A stretch of 64,000 nt of DNA, taken from NCBI GenBank assembly GCA_027483345.1, contig JAIXUV010000034.1:936-64935 (forward strand), given 5' to 3'. Shown piece after piece: positions 48,711 to 57,166 of the stretch. A program made the translations under genes and the position numbers. Position 1 is the stretch's first letter. Each line of letters starts with the position of its first letter. The DNA comes from Verrucomicrobiales bacterium (lineage in GTDB: Bacteria; Verrucomicrobiota; Verrucomicrobiia; Limisphaerales; UBA9464). Below the pieces are notes generated by a model, which saw only the letters and a program-made list of their open reading frames with translations, did no database searches and was not told the DNA's origin.

Positions 48711-50147
48711 ATGACGTCGATCAAGTTTGGCACCTCCGGTTGGCGCGGCCTCATCGCGCGCGACTTCACCTTCGAGAACGTCCGGTTCGCGGCACAGGGA
48801 ATTGCCGACTACCTCAAGGCGGAATTGGCCGATCCGGCGTCCGCGATCCATGGGCGCAAGCCCGAGGTCGTCATCGGGCATGACACCCGATTCCTCGGCC
48901 GCGAATTCTCCCTCGCCGTGGCCGAGGTGATGGCCGCCAACGGCTTGATTCCCCTGCTCTGCCAGCGGGACGCTCCGACCCCGGTCATCGCCCACACCAT
49001 CCGCGCCCGGAAGGCCATCGGCGGCATCAACATGACCGCCAGCCACAACCCGGCGGAATACCAGGGACTGAAGTTCAGCGTGTCCAACGGCGCCGCCGCG
49101 CCTCCCGAAGTCACCAAGAAGATCGAGGCCGCCATTCGCGGACATCAGGAAGCCGGCTGGACCTTCAAGTCGGCGGTGGTCGGCACCTTCGAATGCAAGA
49201 CCTTCGATCCGATGCCTTCCTACCTGAAGCAGGTGCGACGCCTCATCGACTTCGCCGTGATCCGCAAGGCCCGTCTGAAGATCGCGGTGGAGCTGATGTA
49301 CGGAACCGGCCGTGGCTACCTCGACACCCTGCTCGAGGAAGACGGCGGGGCGAAGGTGCTCCGGTTCCATGACGAACTGAATCCCAGCTTCGGCGGTCAT
49401 CATCCGGAACCCAATGCCGAAGGCATGGAGGAGGCGCGCAAGGCCATCCTGGGCGGGAAGGCGACACTGGGATTGGGCCTCGACGGCGATGCGGACCGGT
49501 TCGGAATCGTGGACCGGGACGGAACCTGGCTCACCCCGAACCAGATCCTCGCCCTGGCGCTGTACCACCTGAAGAAGAACCGCGGTTGGACCGGCGGCGT
49601 GGTCCGCACCGTGCCGACCAGCCATCAGGTCGACGCCGTCGCCGAATTGCTGGGCGTCGAGCTCCATGAGACACCGGTCGGCTTCAAGTATATCGGTGCC
49701 CTGATGGAAGCCGGTCCCATCATCGTGGGTGGCGAGGAGTCCGGGGGACTCAGCGTCAAGGGACATGTGCCGGAAAAGGACGGCATCCTCGCGTGCCTGC
49801 TCATGGCGGAACTGGTGGCCACCGAGAGGAAGCCGCTCATGAAGATCCTCGCGGAGTTGGAGAAGAAGACCGGCGAGTTCCACACCACCCGGATCAACGT
49901 GGCGATTCCGGCAGACAAAAAGGAAGCGCTGTTGGCCCGGCTTGCCGGTGGTTTGGAAAAGGTCGGCAACCTCAAGGTGGAGAAGTTCATCACCACCGAC
50001 GGCTTCAAGTTCCTGCTGCCCAACCGCGAATGGGTTGCCTTCCGCGCCAGCGGCACAGAGCCCCTGATCCGTTGCTACATCGAGGCGAAGTCGGCGGCCC
50101 AGATGAAGAAGCTGGAGAAGGCGTGCAAGGTCATCCTGTTGGGCTGA
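48711..50147 (+). CDS. Phosphoglucomutase/phosphomannomutase
   Basis: FGTSGWRG, TASHNP, DGDADR, GGEESGG, RASGTEP. Confidence 0.95.
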   Translation: MTSIKFGTSGWRGLIARDFTFENVRFAAQGIADYLKAELADPASAIHGRKPEVVIGHDTRFLGREFSLAVAEVMAANGLIPLLCQRDAPTPVIAHTIRARKAIGGINMTASHNPAEYQGLKFSVSNGAAAPPEVTKKIEAAIRGHQEAGWTFKSAVVGTFECKTFDPMPSYLKQVRRLIDFAVIRKARLKIAVELMYGTGRGYLDTLLEEDGGAKVLRFHDELNPSFGGHHPEPNAEGMEEARKAILGGKATLGLGLDGDADRFGIVDRDGTWLTPNQILALALYHLKKNRGWTGGVVRTVPTSHQVDAVAELLGVELHETPVGFKYIGALMEAGPIIVGGEESGGLSVKGHVPEKDGILACLLMAELVATERKPLMKILAELEKKTGEFHTTRINVAIPADKKEALLARLAGGLEKVGNLKVEKFITTDGFKFLLPNREWVAFRASGTEPLIRCYIEAKSAAQMKKLEKACKVILLG

Positions 50148-50182
50148 CCCAACCGCTTGGCTGAAGTCCCGGTCCGATACTT

Positions 50183-51403
50183 CTACTTGGCGTTGCCCGG
50201 AAGCGGCACCTGTCCGGGACGGCCGAGATAGTAGAGCAGGTCCCGGATTTGGGTTTCGCTCAATCCGGCGACCAGGCCTTCCGGCATCATGGAGATCTCC
50301 GAGCCGGTGATCTTGACCACCTCAGCCCTCGGCAGCGTGAGCACCTCGGTCGCGTTCTGCACCACCACGGAATTGGCATCCTGCGACCGGACCAGTCCGG
50401 TGAGAACCCGCTCATCCTTCAACTCCACGGTGGAGGCCCGATACTCGTTTGGGATCACCGCGTTCGGGAAGAGGATGTTCTGCAGGAGATAGTCGAGGTC
50501 GCCGCGGTTGGCGCCCGTGATGTCCGGTCCGACCTGGCCCCCGGAATCGAACAGGTGATGGCATTGGGCGCAGACCTGATTGAAAACCACACGACCACGG
50601 GACGCGTCGCCCGGAGTGGAGCCACCGGCCCAATAGACCCGCTTCACCCGCTCGATCTCCGCGGTCATGTCGGGACTGGTCTCCTTCACCACACCCCAGA
50701 TCTCCGTGAGATTCGCAGCCAATTTGTCGTCCTTCAGCGAACGCAGCTGACGGACGAGATCCGCGGTCAGCGCCGTCTTGGGAACGACGCCGGAACGCAC
50801 GGCCTCCAACAGAGGGCGGGCATAGCTGGGACGGGAAGCCAGCGCATTCAGCACTTCCCGCTGTTCCGCAGGTGGAATCCCAGGGAAGAGCTTCAGGAGC
50901 GTCTCCGGAGTCCCTGGGGCGTCGAACCCGGCCAAACCGCGCACCGCCGCCACACGGGTCGCGGAATCCGAGGCCAATTTCAGGAGAAGTCCCGCCAACG
51001 AGGCGTCTCGGGTGCGGAGCAAGGCGGCCAAGGCGGCGTTGCGGTCCGTTGGGGATGCGATGGTGTCGGAGGCGGTGGCCCGCAGGGAATCCAGCGCGCG
51101 CCGGCTGCCAAACGCCACACCGAGGCTGCGAACCAATGCCAGCGACTCGGCATCTCCCCCTTGTGCAACCGCTTCTTCCAAGGCCTCCCATCCCTCTGGC
51201 GTCGCCAATCCCGTCCGGCCACGCACCGCCGCCTCCAAACCCCGAAGCACATCACGCCGCACCTCTTTATCGGTTGCGGACAAGGCAATGGAAACAACGC
51301 GAGCGAGGCTGGTTTCCGCCGCCGTAAGCTGGAGCGTCAGGGGCGAGGACAGGAGTCCGACGGACAGCAGGAGTGCGAACGGAGCACGCAGCGTGGAAAT
51401 CAC
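50183..51403 (-). CDS. Exported HEAT-repeat + c-type cytochrome protein (PVC putative heme-binding domain)
   Basis: Signal-like N-terminus, helical repeats, GD..RG..VF..CAQCH..VGPD.TG..SMMPEGL; GTG start. Confidence 0.85.
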   Translation of the reverse strand: MISTLRAPFALLLSVGLLSSPLTLQLTAAETSLARVVSIALSATDKEVRRDVLRGLEAAVRGRTGLATPEGWEALEEAVAQGGDAESLALVRSLGVAFGSRRALDSLRATASDTIASPTDRNAALAALLRTRDASLAGLLLKLASDSATRVAAVRGLAGFDAPGTPETLLKLFPGIPPAEQREVLNALASRPSYARPLLEAVRSGVVPKTALTADLVRQLRSLKDDKLAANLTEIWGVVKETSPDMTAEIERVKRVYWAGGSTPGDASRGRVVFNQVCAQCHHLFDSGGQVGPDITGANRGDLDYLLQNILFPNAVIPNEYRASTVELKDERVLTGLVRSQDANSVVVQNATEVLTLPRAEVVKITGSEISMMPEGLVAGLSETQIRDLLYYLGRPGQVPLPGNAK

Positions 51404-51532
51404 GCCTCAGCCTGACGTGGACCGCGCAGAGCATCAAGAGGCAGGGAGCCGGAATGCGGTCCGGGCGATCCGCGTCCGGCTCCTGCCGAGGTAAAGTCAC
51501 TGGAAATAACTGTTTGCGCCCCCTCCGGAGGG

Positions 51533-51541
51533 TGTGGATAA
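51533..51541 (-). promoter_or_regulatory. Perfect DnaA box
   Basis: tgtggataa = TTATCCACA on the minus strand, in a divergent intergenic region. Confidence 0.5.
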
Positions 51542-51598
51542 GCTTTTGCCTTTGCTGAGCCGGAGAAATCCGGTCCGGCCGTAGTTGCGGCGTTGACG

Positions 51599-51880
51599 AT
51601 GATGAACCGCTTCCGAATGCACATCTGGTACTCCGGACGTGTCCAAGGGGTGGGTTTCCGGTACCAGACCCGAAATCTGGCAACCGGCTTCGAAGTCGCT
51701 GGAACGGTTCGGAACCTGCTGGATGGCAGGGTCGAACTCATCGCGGAAGGCAGTCGGGACGAACTAGAAACGTTCCGAATTGCGATCCGGGAAAGCGGTA
51801 TGGGACCGATGATCCGCGACGAACAAGTTAACTGGTCTGCCGGCTCCGGAGGGTTCCGGGGATTCGAGATCGTGCAGTAG
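51599..51880 (+). CDS. acyP: Acylphosphatase
   Basis: SGRVQGVGFR..GTVRNLLDGRVE. Confidence 0.93.
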   Translation: MMNRFRMHIWYSGRVQGVGFRYQTRNLATGFEVAGTVRNLLDGRVELIAEGSRDELETFRIAIRESGMGPMIRDEQVNWSAGSGGFRGFEIVQ

Positions 51881-51885
51881 ACAGA

Positions 51886-52608
51886 ATGAGGTACGCCATC
51901 ATAGCCGACATCCACGCGAATCTGGAAGGATTCCAAAGGGTGCTTGCCGACATCAAGGAACAGAAGTGCACCCACGTTGTGTGTCTGGGGGATGTCGTCG
52001 GCTATGGGGCCAATCCGAAGGAGTGCCTCGACATCGTCCGGGGGATGAACATCCCGACGGTGAAGGGCAACCATGACGAGTACATCGGCTTGGATGAGGA
52101 TCCGGAGGGATTCAACGATGCCGCCGCCGAGGCCGTGGCTTGGAGCCGCTCGCAGCTGACTCCGGATGACCGCAAGTGGCTGCGCGACCTGAAGTATTTC
52201 CGCCTGGTGGCCAACTTCTCGATCGTCCATGCGACTCTCGATGGTCCACAGCGCTGGGGTTACGTCTTCGAGAAGCTCGAGGCCGCGGCCAGCTTCACCT
52301 ACCAGAACACGCAACTCTGTTTCTTCGGCCACACCCACGTCCCAGTCGCGTTCATCCGGGACACTGCGGTCCGTGGCGGCCAATATTCCAAGCTCAAGAT
52401 CGAGCCGGGTCGCAAGTACTTCATCAACGTGGGCAGCGTCGGACAACCCCGGGACGGAGACCCCCGCGCGGCCTATGTCGTTTATGACATGCCAACCCAG
52501 ACCGTCGAACTCCGGCGTCTGGACTATGACATTGCGACCGCCCAGAAGAAGATCATGCAGGCCGGTCTCCCACAGCGCCTTGCCGACCGTTTGGCCACCG
52601 GCAAGTAG
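51886..52608 (+). CDS. Metallophosphoesterase (calcineurin-like)
   Basis: DIHAN, GDVVGYG, GNHD, FGHTH, NVGSVGQPRDG. Confidence 0.93.
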   Translation: MRYAIIADIHANLEGFQRVLADIKEQKCTHVVCLGDVVGYGANPKECLDIVRGMNIPTVKGNHDEYIGLDEDPEGFNDAAAEAVAWSRSQLTPDDRKWLRDLKYFRLVANFSIVHATLDGPQRWGYVFEKLEAAASFTYQNTQLCFFGHTHVPVAFIRDTAVRGGQYSKLKIEPGRKYFINVGSVGQPRDGDPRAAYVVYDMPTQTVELRRLDYDIATAQKKIMQAGLPQRLADRLATGK

Positions 52609-52659
52609 AGCCCCTTCCCGGCTTGCGACGCCGGGTCCGAACCGCACGGCCCGACGCCT

Positions 52660-53685
52660 GTGAAGGTCCTGGTCCTCAAGCCGAGCTCGCTCGGCGACGT
52701 GATCCACGCCTTGCCGGTACTCCGGCACCTGCGTCGACATCATCCGGATGCTCGCGTCGACTGGTGGCTCCACAAGAACCTGGTTCCCCTGCTGGAAGGG
52801 GATCCGGACATCCACCGGATCATCCCCTTCGACCGCAAGGCCTGGGGACGCCCCCTCGGTTTCGCCCAGATCCTCCGCGAGGTGTCGGGACTCCGGTCCG
52901 AAAGCTACGACCTCGTCCTAGACCTCCAGGGACTCGCCCGATCCGCCTTGGTGGGTCGCGCCTGCGGTGCGCGTCGGTTTGTCGGCGTCGGGGACTGGCG
53001 AGAATTCGCACCTCTGTTCCATGGCGAGTCGGTTCCCCGCCCGTCGCCGTCCACCCACGCCGTGGACTGGTACCTCACGGTGGCCAGGCATCTCGGATGG
53101 GACACCCACCAACCGTTCGAATGGCTGCCACCTCGGCCTGCAGGCGTCGCCGAAATCCAGCGGCTGTTCCCGCAACTTTCTGAGGGAGGCTGGATCGGCC
53201 TTCAGCCGGGCGCCCGTTGGGAAAACAAGCGTTGGCCGATCGAGAGTTGGAGCCAATTGGCCAACGACCTCCAAGAGCGGCTGCCTTCTGCGCGGATTGC
53301 CGTCTTTGGTGGCCCGGATGAAACGGCGTTGGGTGAGACGATCGTGCGGGCCGATGGAAGGGGGCGGATCCTCGACCTCACCGGCCGCCTGAGTCTGCCC
53401 GGGATGATCGAAGGGCTTCGGCGGATCCGAATGCTGGTCACCAACGACACGGGACCGATGCATGTGGCGGTCGCTTTGCGTCGCCCCGTGGTTGCCGTCT
53501 TCGGGCCGACCGCCCCGGAACGCACCGGTCCTTATGGCCAGTCGTCCAACGTCCTCCGCGTCCGCGCCCTTCCCTGCGCTCCTTGCATGAGCAACCGCTG
53601 CCGGATTTCCGAGAAGCTGGCCTGTCTGAAGAGGATCGGTCCGTCGGATGTGCTCGAGGCGGTGGTGGCCCGGATGGAAGCCTAG
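52660..53685 (+). CDS. LPS heptosyltransferase (GT9, WaaC/WaaF-like)
   Basis: KPSSLGDVIHALP, DLQGL, KRWP, NDTGPMHVA, FGPT. Confidence 0.92.
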   Translation: MKVLVLKPSSLGDVIHALPVLRHLRRHHPDARVDWWLHKNLVPLLEGDPDIHRIIPFDRKAWGRPLGFAQILREVSGLRSESYDLVLDLQGLARSALVGRACGARRFVGVGDWREFAPLFHGESVPRPSPSTHAVDWYLTVARHLGWDTHQPFEWLPPRPAGVAEIQRLFPQLSEGGWIGLQPGARWENKRWPIESWSQLANDLQERLPSARIAVFGGPDETALGETIVRADGRGRILDLTGRLSLPGMIEGLRRIRMLVTNDTGPMHVAVALRRPVVAVFGPTAPERTGPYGQSSNVLRVRALPCAPCMSNRCRISEKLACLKRIGPSDVLEAVVARMEA

Positions 53686-53731
53686 GCACCTGCAAGTTTC
53701 GCCAACCCGGCCGCGGCTACACGAACACCGC

Positions 53732-54991
53732 TCAGCGATCTTCCTTCATCGCCTTCTTGGCGGCCTTGGCCCGGGACTTCAGCAGGTCCACGACCGGATC
53801 CGCGAGCTTGAGGCCGAGGTCGGTCGCGGCCGCCCGCGCGGCGTCCGGTCCGTACTCGCGGAAGCGCTTCATGGAATGCGCCGCCACCCTCCATTCGCGG
53901 GCGCCTTCCCGGGACCTGGCCAACCAGACGAAACCGCCTTCTTCATCGGGCCAACCGTCACCTATGGAACTCCAGAGCCGAACCTGGGTGCCTTCCCCAA
54001 TCTGTTGCGCCAGCGGACTGAGCTGTCCCGCGTTCAGGGGCAGTTGGACCAACTCGCAGGGCAAAGGACCGTCCCGGAGCCCGGATACACCTGCGGAAAT
54101 GAAATCCGGGACCACTTCCAGTAACAGCGCGATGGCGTTGCCTTTCCCAGCCAGCGTCCCGTCGAAACGCACGGCGTCCAGATAGTTGGTCTCGAACCCG
54201 GATCCCGTCCCGGGAAGTGTCACCAAAAGGGGCCGGCCCATCCAAGGAACCGCGGCCCAGCCCGCCTTTCCGGGCGTTTTGGCCGTGATCTGGGGAAAAA
54301 CCGCAGGATCACTGCGAATCTTCCGACGAACCAGCTTCTCCGCATCCTCCAGCGACACCACATGATGGACCTCGCCGGTGATCGGCGAGGTTGGCACGGC
54401 CCGGCTTTGGCTCGGAGCGCCGAAGAAGCGGTCCACCGATGGCCGCGCCTTCCCGCCGGCCAGCGCGATGCAGTGGTTCACCGCCCGAACCAGGGATTGG
54501 GCCAACTCTTCCGAATCCACCGCAAACCATCCATAGGGCCGGTTCGCGGCGCCGAGATCCTCGTTGCCGGCGCGCCACTCGCGGACACCGGCCCCCTTGC
54601 CGACGTCGGCCAGCCAAACCGCGTAGGCCATGCGGTCGCCGATGAAGGTGATCCGGACATGGGTGGCTTCAGGGTCGAGCTCGGCGAGCGAAAATTCGGT
54701 GGCACCACGGATCTCCGGCCCGCCCGGCGTGCCGTCGGAGAGGATCCTGCGGACACGGAACCGGCGACCCAAGACCTCGGTCAGCTTCTGCTGCACGCGT
54801 CCGCCACCGGCGAGGTTCCGGAAGTCGCCATGCTCGTCGAGGGAACGGCGGATGAAGTCGAGGGTGTCGACGAATGTCGGCGCCTCCTGAGCCGAAAGGA
54901 CCATCGAACCGGCCAAGAGCAGTGCCGGAATCAGGGACAGGAAACGGAACACCCCCGGCGACGGGAGGCACCGGGGGTGGCGGGCTGTCAT
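53732..54991 (-). CDS. Secreted hypothetical protein
   Basis: 419-aa ORF with signal peptide (LIPALLLAGSMVLSAQ); no recognised motif. Confidence 0.65.
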   Translation of the reverse strand: MTARHPRCLPSPGVFRFLSLIPALLLAGSMVLSAQEAPTFVDTLDFIRRSLDEHGDFRNLAGGGRVQQKLTEVLGRRFRVRRILSDGTPGGPEIRGATEFSLAELDPEATHVRITFIGDRMAYAVWLADVGKGAGVREWRAGNEDLGAANRPYGWFAVDSEELAQSLVRAVNHCIALAGGKARPSVDRFFGAPSQSRAVPTSPITGEVHHVVSLEDAEKLVRRKIRSDPAVFPQITAKTPGKAGWAAVPWMGRPLLVTLPGTGSGFETNYLDAVRFDGTLAGKGNAIALLLEVVPDFISAGVSGLRDGPLPCELVQLPLNAGQLSPLAQQIGEGTQVRLWSSIGDGWPDEEGGFVWLARSREGAREWRVAAHSMKRFREYGPDAARAAATDLGLKLADPVVDLLKSRAKAAKKAMKEDR

Positions 54992-55019
54992 GGATGGTGG
55001 AAACCGGGGGGTACCGACC

Positions 55020-55364
55020 TCAGCGCTTGAAGGTCATCGGAGCCGCCTGCGCCTGGGGAATCTCATGGGCACACGGCTGGTTGATGGGAACCTCGGGGAC
55101 GCGGCCGTTCTCCGAGACCACCCCGTTCTGGAGCATCCACGCCTCGACCTCCTCGCCGCTGACATCCGCCAACACACGGCCGTTGATCTCGACCGTGGGC
55201 TGCTTCGTCTGGCCGGTCTTGCGGACCATCTCGTCGAAGTTCTCGGGGACGTTGATGATGTCCTTCTCCTCGAAGGCGAGATCGTACTTCTTGAAAACGG
55301 CGCGGACGCCCGCGCTCCAGCCACACCAGGGCTTCAGGTAGGCAGTGATGGTCGGTTTGGACAT
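55020..55364 (-). CDS. Monothiol glutaredoxin-like protein (CGWS)
   Basis: YLKPWCGWS..KTGQTKQPTVEING..LADVSG. Confidence 0.88.
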   Translation of the reverse strand: MSKPTITAYLKPWCGWSAGVRAVFKKYDLAFEEKDIINVPENFDEMVRKTGQTKQPTVEINGRVLADVSGEEVEAWMLQNGVVSENGRVPEVPINQPCAHEIPQAQAAPMTFKR

Positions 55365-55479
55365 AGGATGAAAAACTTCGGTGGATACTGGCAGTGGGCA
55401 GCCTCGGCGCAACCGGTGAAATGCCGGCCGATGAGGATGGTTGCGCGGAAACCGCTCAAGACCTCTGGAACTCCCGACG

Positions 55480-57009
55480 TCAGCGGCCCACGGCCGCCTT
55501 GCGGACCGCGGCGACGAGTCCGGGGATGTTGTGCTCCCGGGCTTCCACGTCGGGCTCGATCTCAAGGGCCTTCAATGCCTTGCTGGTCTCGGGCCCGATG
55601 CTCGCGGTCTTCAACCCCGGAAACCGACGGCGCAGCGCCGGCAGGTCGAAACGGCCATGGAAGTTCTCGACCGTCGAGGCGCTGGTGAACGTGACCCAAT
55701 CCGCACCGGATTCGGAAAGGGACGTCGCGGCACCGTTGAGGTCTTCGGTCTCGGGAATGGTCCGGTAACAGGCGATGGCGTCCACGATGCCGCCCTTCTC
55801 CTCCAGCATCCGGGGCAACTCAGGCGTCGCCACTTCAGCCCGCACGATCAGGAATCGGAGGTTCTCGATCGTCTCCACGGCGCCGATGGCCGCAGCCACC
55901 TTGGACGCCACGTACTCCGACGGCATCGCATCCACGTTCAGGTGGAATTCCGCGACCTTGGCCGCTGTTGCCGGCCCGACCGCCGCGATCCGGACGTTGC
56001 CGATGTCCCGCACGTCCTTGAAGGCTTTGAAGAAGTAGTCGAAGAAGGTCGTGACGCCGTTGGGACTCGTGAAAACAAGCCAGTCGTACTCGCCGATACC
56101 GGAGATGCACTCGACCAAGGGATCCATGTCCACCGGCGGAGCAATGCGGATGGTCGGGATCTCGAGCACCTCGGCTCCGAGTTCGCGGAACTGGACCGAG
56201 ACCAGCGAGGCCTGCTCCCGGGTCCGGGTCACCACCACCCGACGCCCATGCAGGGGTCGCGTCTCGAACCAGTTGAGACGCTTCCGCTCCGACACCACTT
56301 CGCCGATCACGGTGATCGCCGGGGTGGCGATCCCAGCCTTGCGGGCGGCCTCGCCGATCGTTCCGAGCGTGGCGGAGACCGACTTCTGTCGGCCGGTCGT
56401 GCCCCATTGGATCATGGCGGCCGGGGTCTTCGCCGGCGCGCCGCCTTCGACCAGGCGCTTGGCGATCTCGTCGATCCGTTCGACGCCCATGAGGACCACC
56501 TTGGTCCCGGGTAACCGCGCCAAAAGCCCGAGGTCCACCGCGGAATCCGGCTTGGTCGGATCCTCGTGTCCGGTCAGAACGGTGAAGCTGGAACAGTGGT
56601 CACGGTGGGTGAGCGGGATCCCCGCGTAGTTCAACGCCGCGGTCACCGACGAGACTCCCGGCACGACCTCGAAGGCCACTCCGGCGTCCGCCAGCTCGAC
56701 CGCCTCTTCCCCTCCCCGGCCGAAGACATACGGATCGCCTCCCTTGAGACGGACCACCGTGGCACCCGCCTTCGCCTTCTCGACCAGCAGCTTGTTCAGG
56801 TCCTCCTGGGGAATGGCGTGCGCGGCGGCACGCTTGCCGCCGAAGATCCGTTCCGCCGTGGACGGCGCCAGCGCCAGCAGCGCCGGATTGACCAAGGCGT
56901 CGTAGACCACCACGTCGGCGGTGCCGAGCACCTCGGCGCCTCGCACCGTGATCAGTCCGGCATCGCCGGGTCCGGCACCCACCAGAAACACTTTCCCCTG
57001 TCGCTTCAT
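55480..57009 (-). CDS. cobA: Uroporphyrinogen-III C-methyltransferase / uroporphyrinogen-III synthase fusion (CobA/HemD)
   Basis: LVGAGPGD, RLKGGDPYVFGRGGEE, then VVVTRTREQ, FTSPNGV, FTSASTV, SIGPET. Confidence 0.94.
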   Translation of the reverse strand: MKRQGKVFLVGAGPGDAGLITVRGAEVLGTADVVVYDALVNPALLALAPSTAERIFGGKRAAAHAIPQEDLNKLLVEKAKAGATVVRLKGGDPYVFGRGGEEAVELADAGVAFEVVPGVSSVTAALNYAGIPLTHRDHCSSFTVLTGHEDPTKPDSAVDLGLLARLPGTKVVLMGVERIDEIAKRLVEGGAPAKTPAAMIQWGTTGRQKSVSATLGTIGEAARKAGIATPAITVIGEVVSERKRLNWFETRPLHGRRVVVTRTREQASLVSVQFRELGAEVLEIPTIRIAPPVDMDPLVECISGIGEYDWLVFTSPNGVTTFFDYFFKAFKDVRDIGNVRIAAVGPATAAKVAEFHLNVDAMPSEYVASKVAAAIGAVETIENLRFLIVRAEVATPELPRMLEEKGGIVDAIACYRTIPETEDLNGAATSLSESGADWVTFTSASTVENFHGRFDLPALRRRFPGLKTASIGPETSKALKALEIEPDVEAREHNIPGLVAAVRKAAVGR

Positions 57010-57166
57010 GAGGCGCGGAAGGTAGGCGGCGACGGCGGCGGCACCAAGCCCCTTTGAACAGGCCGGCCAACGCCGGTTCCCGCCGTCCCGCATCAGGGAT
57101 CCACCCGATGTGGAACACCCTATCCCAGGCTCAAGGACAACCGTGTCTGGACCGATAGGGCGTTGG

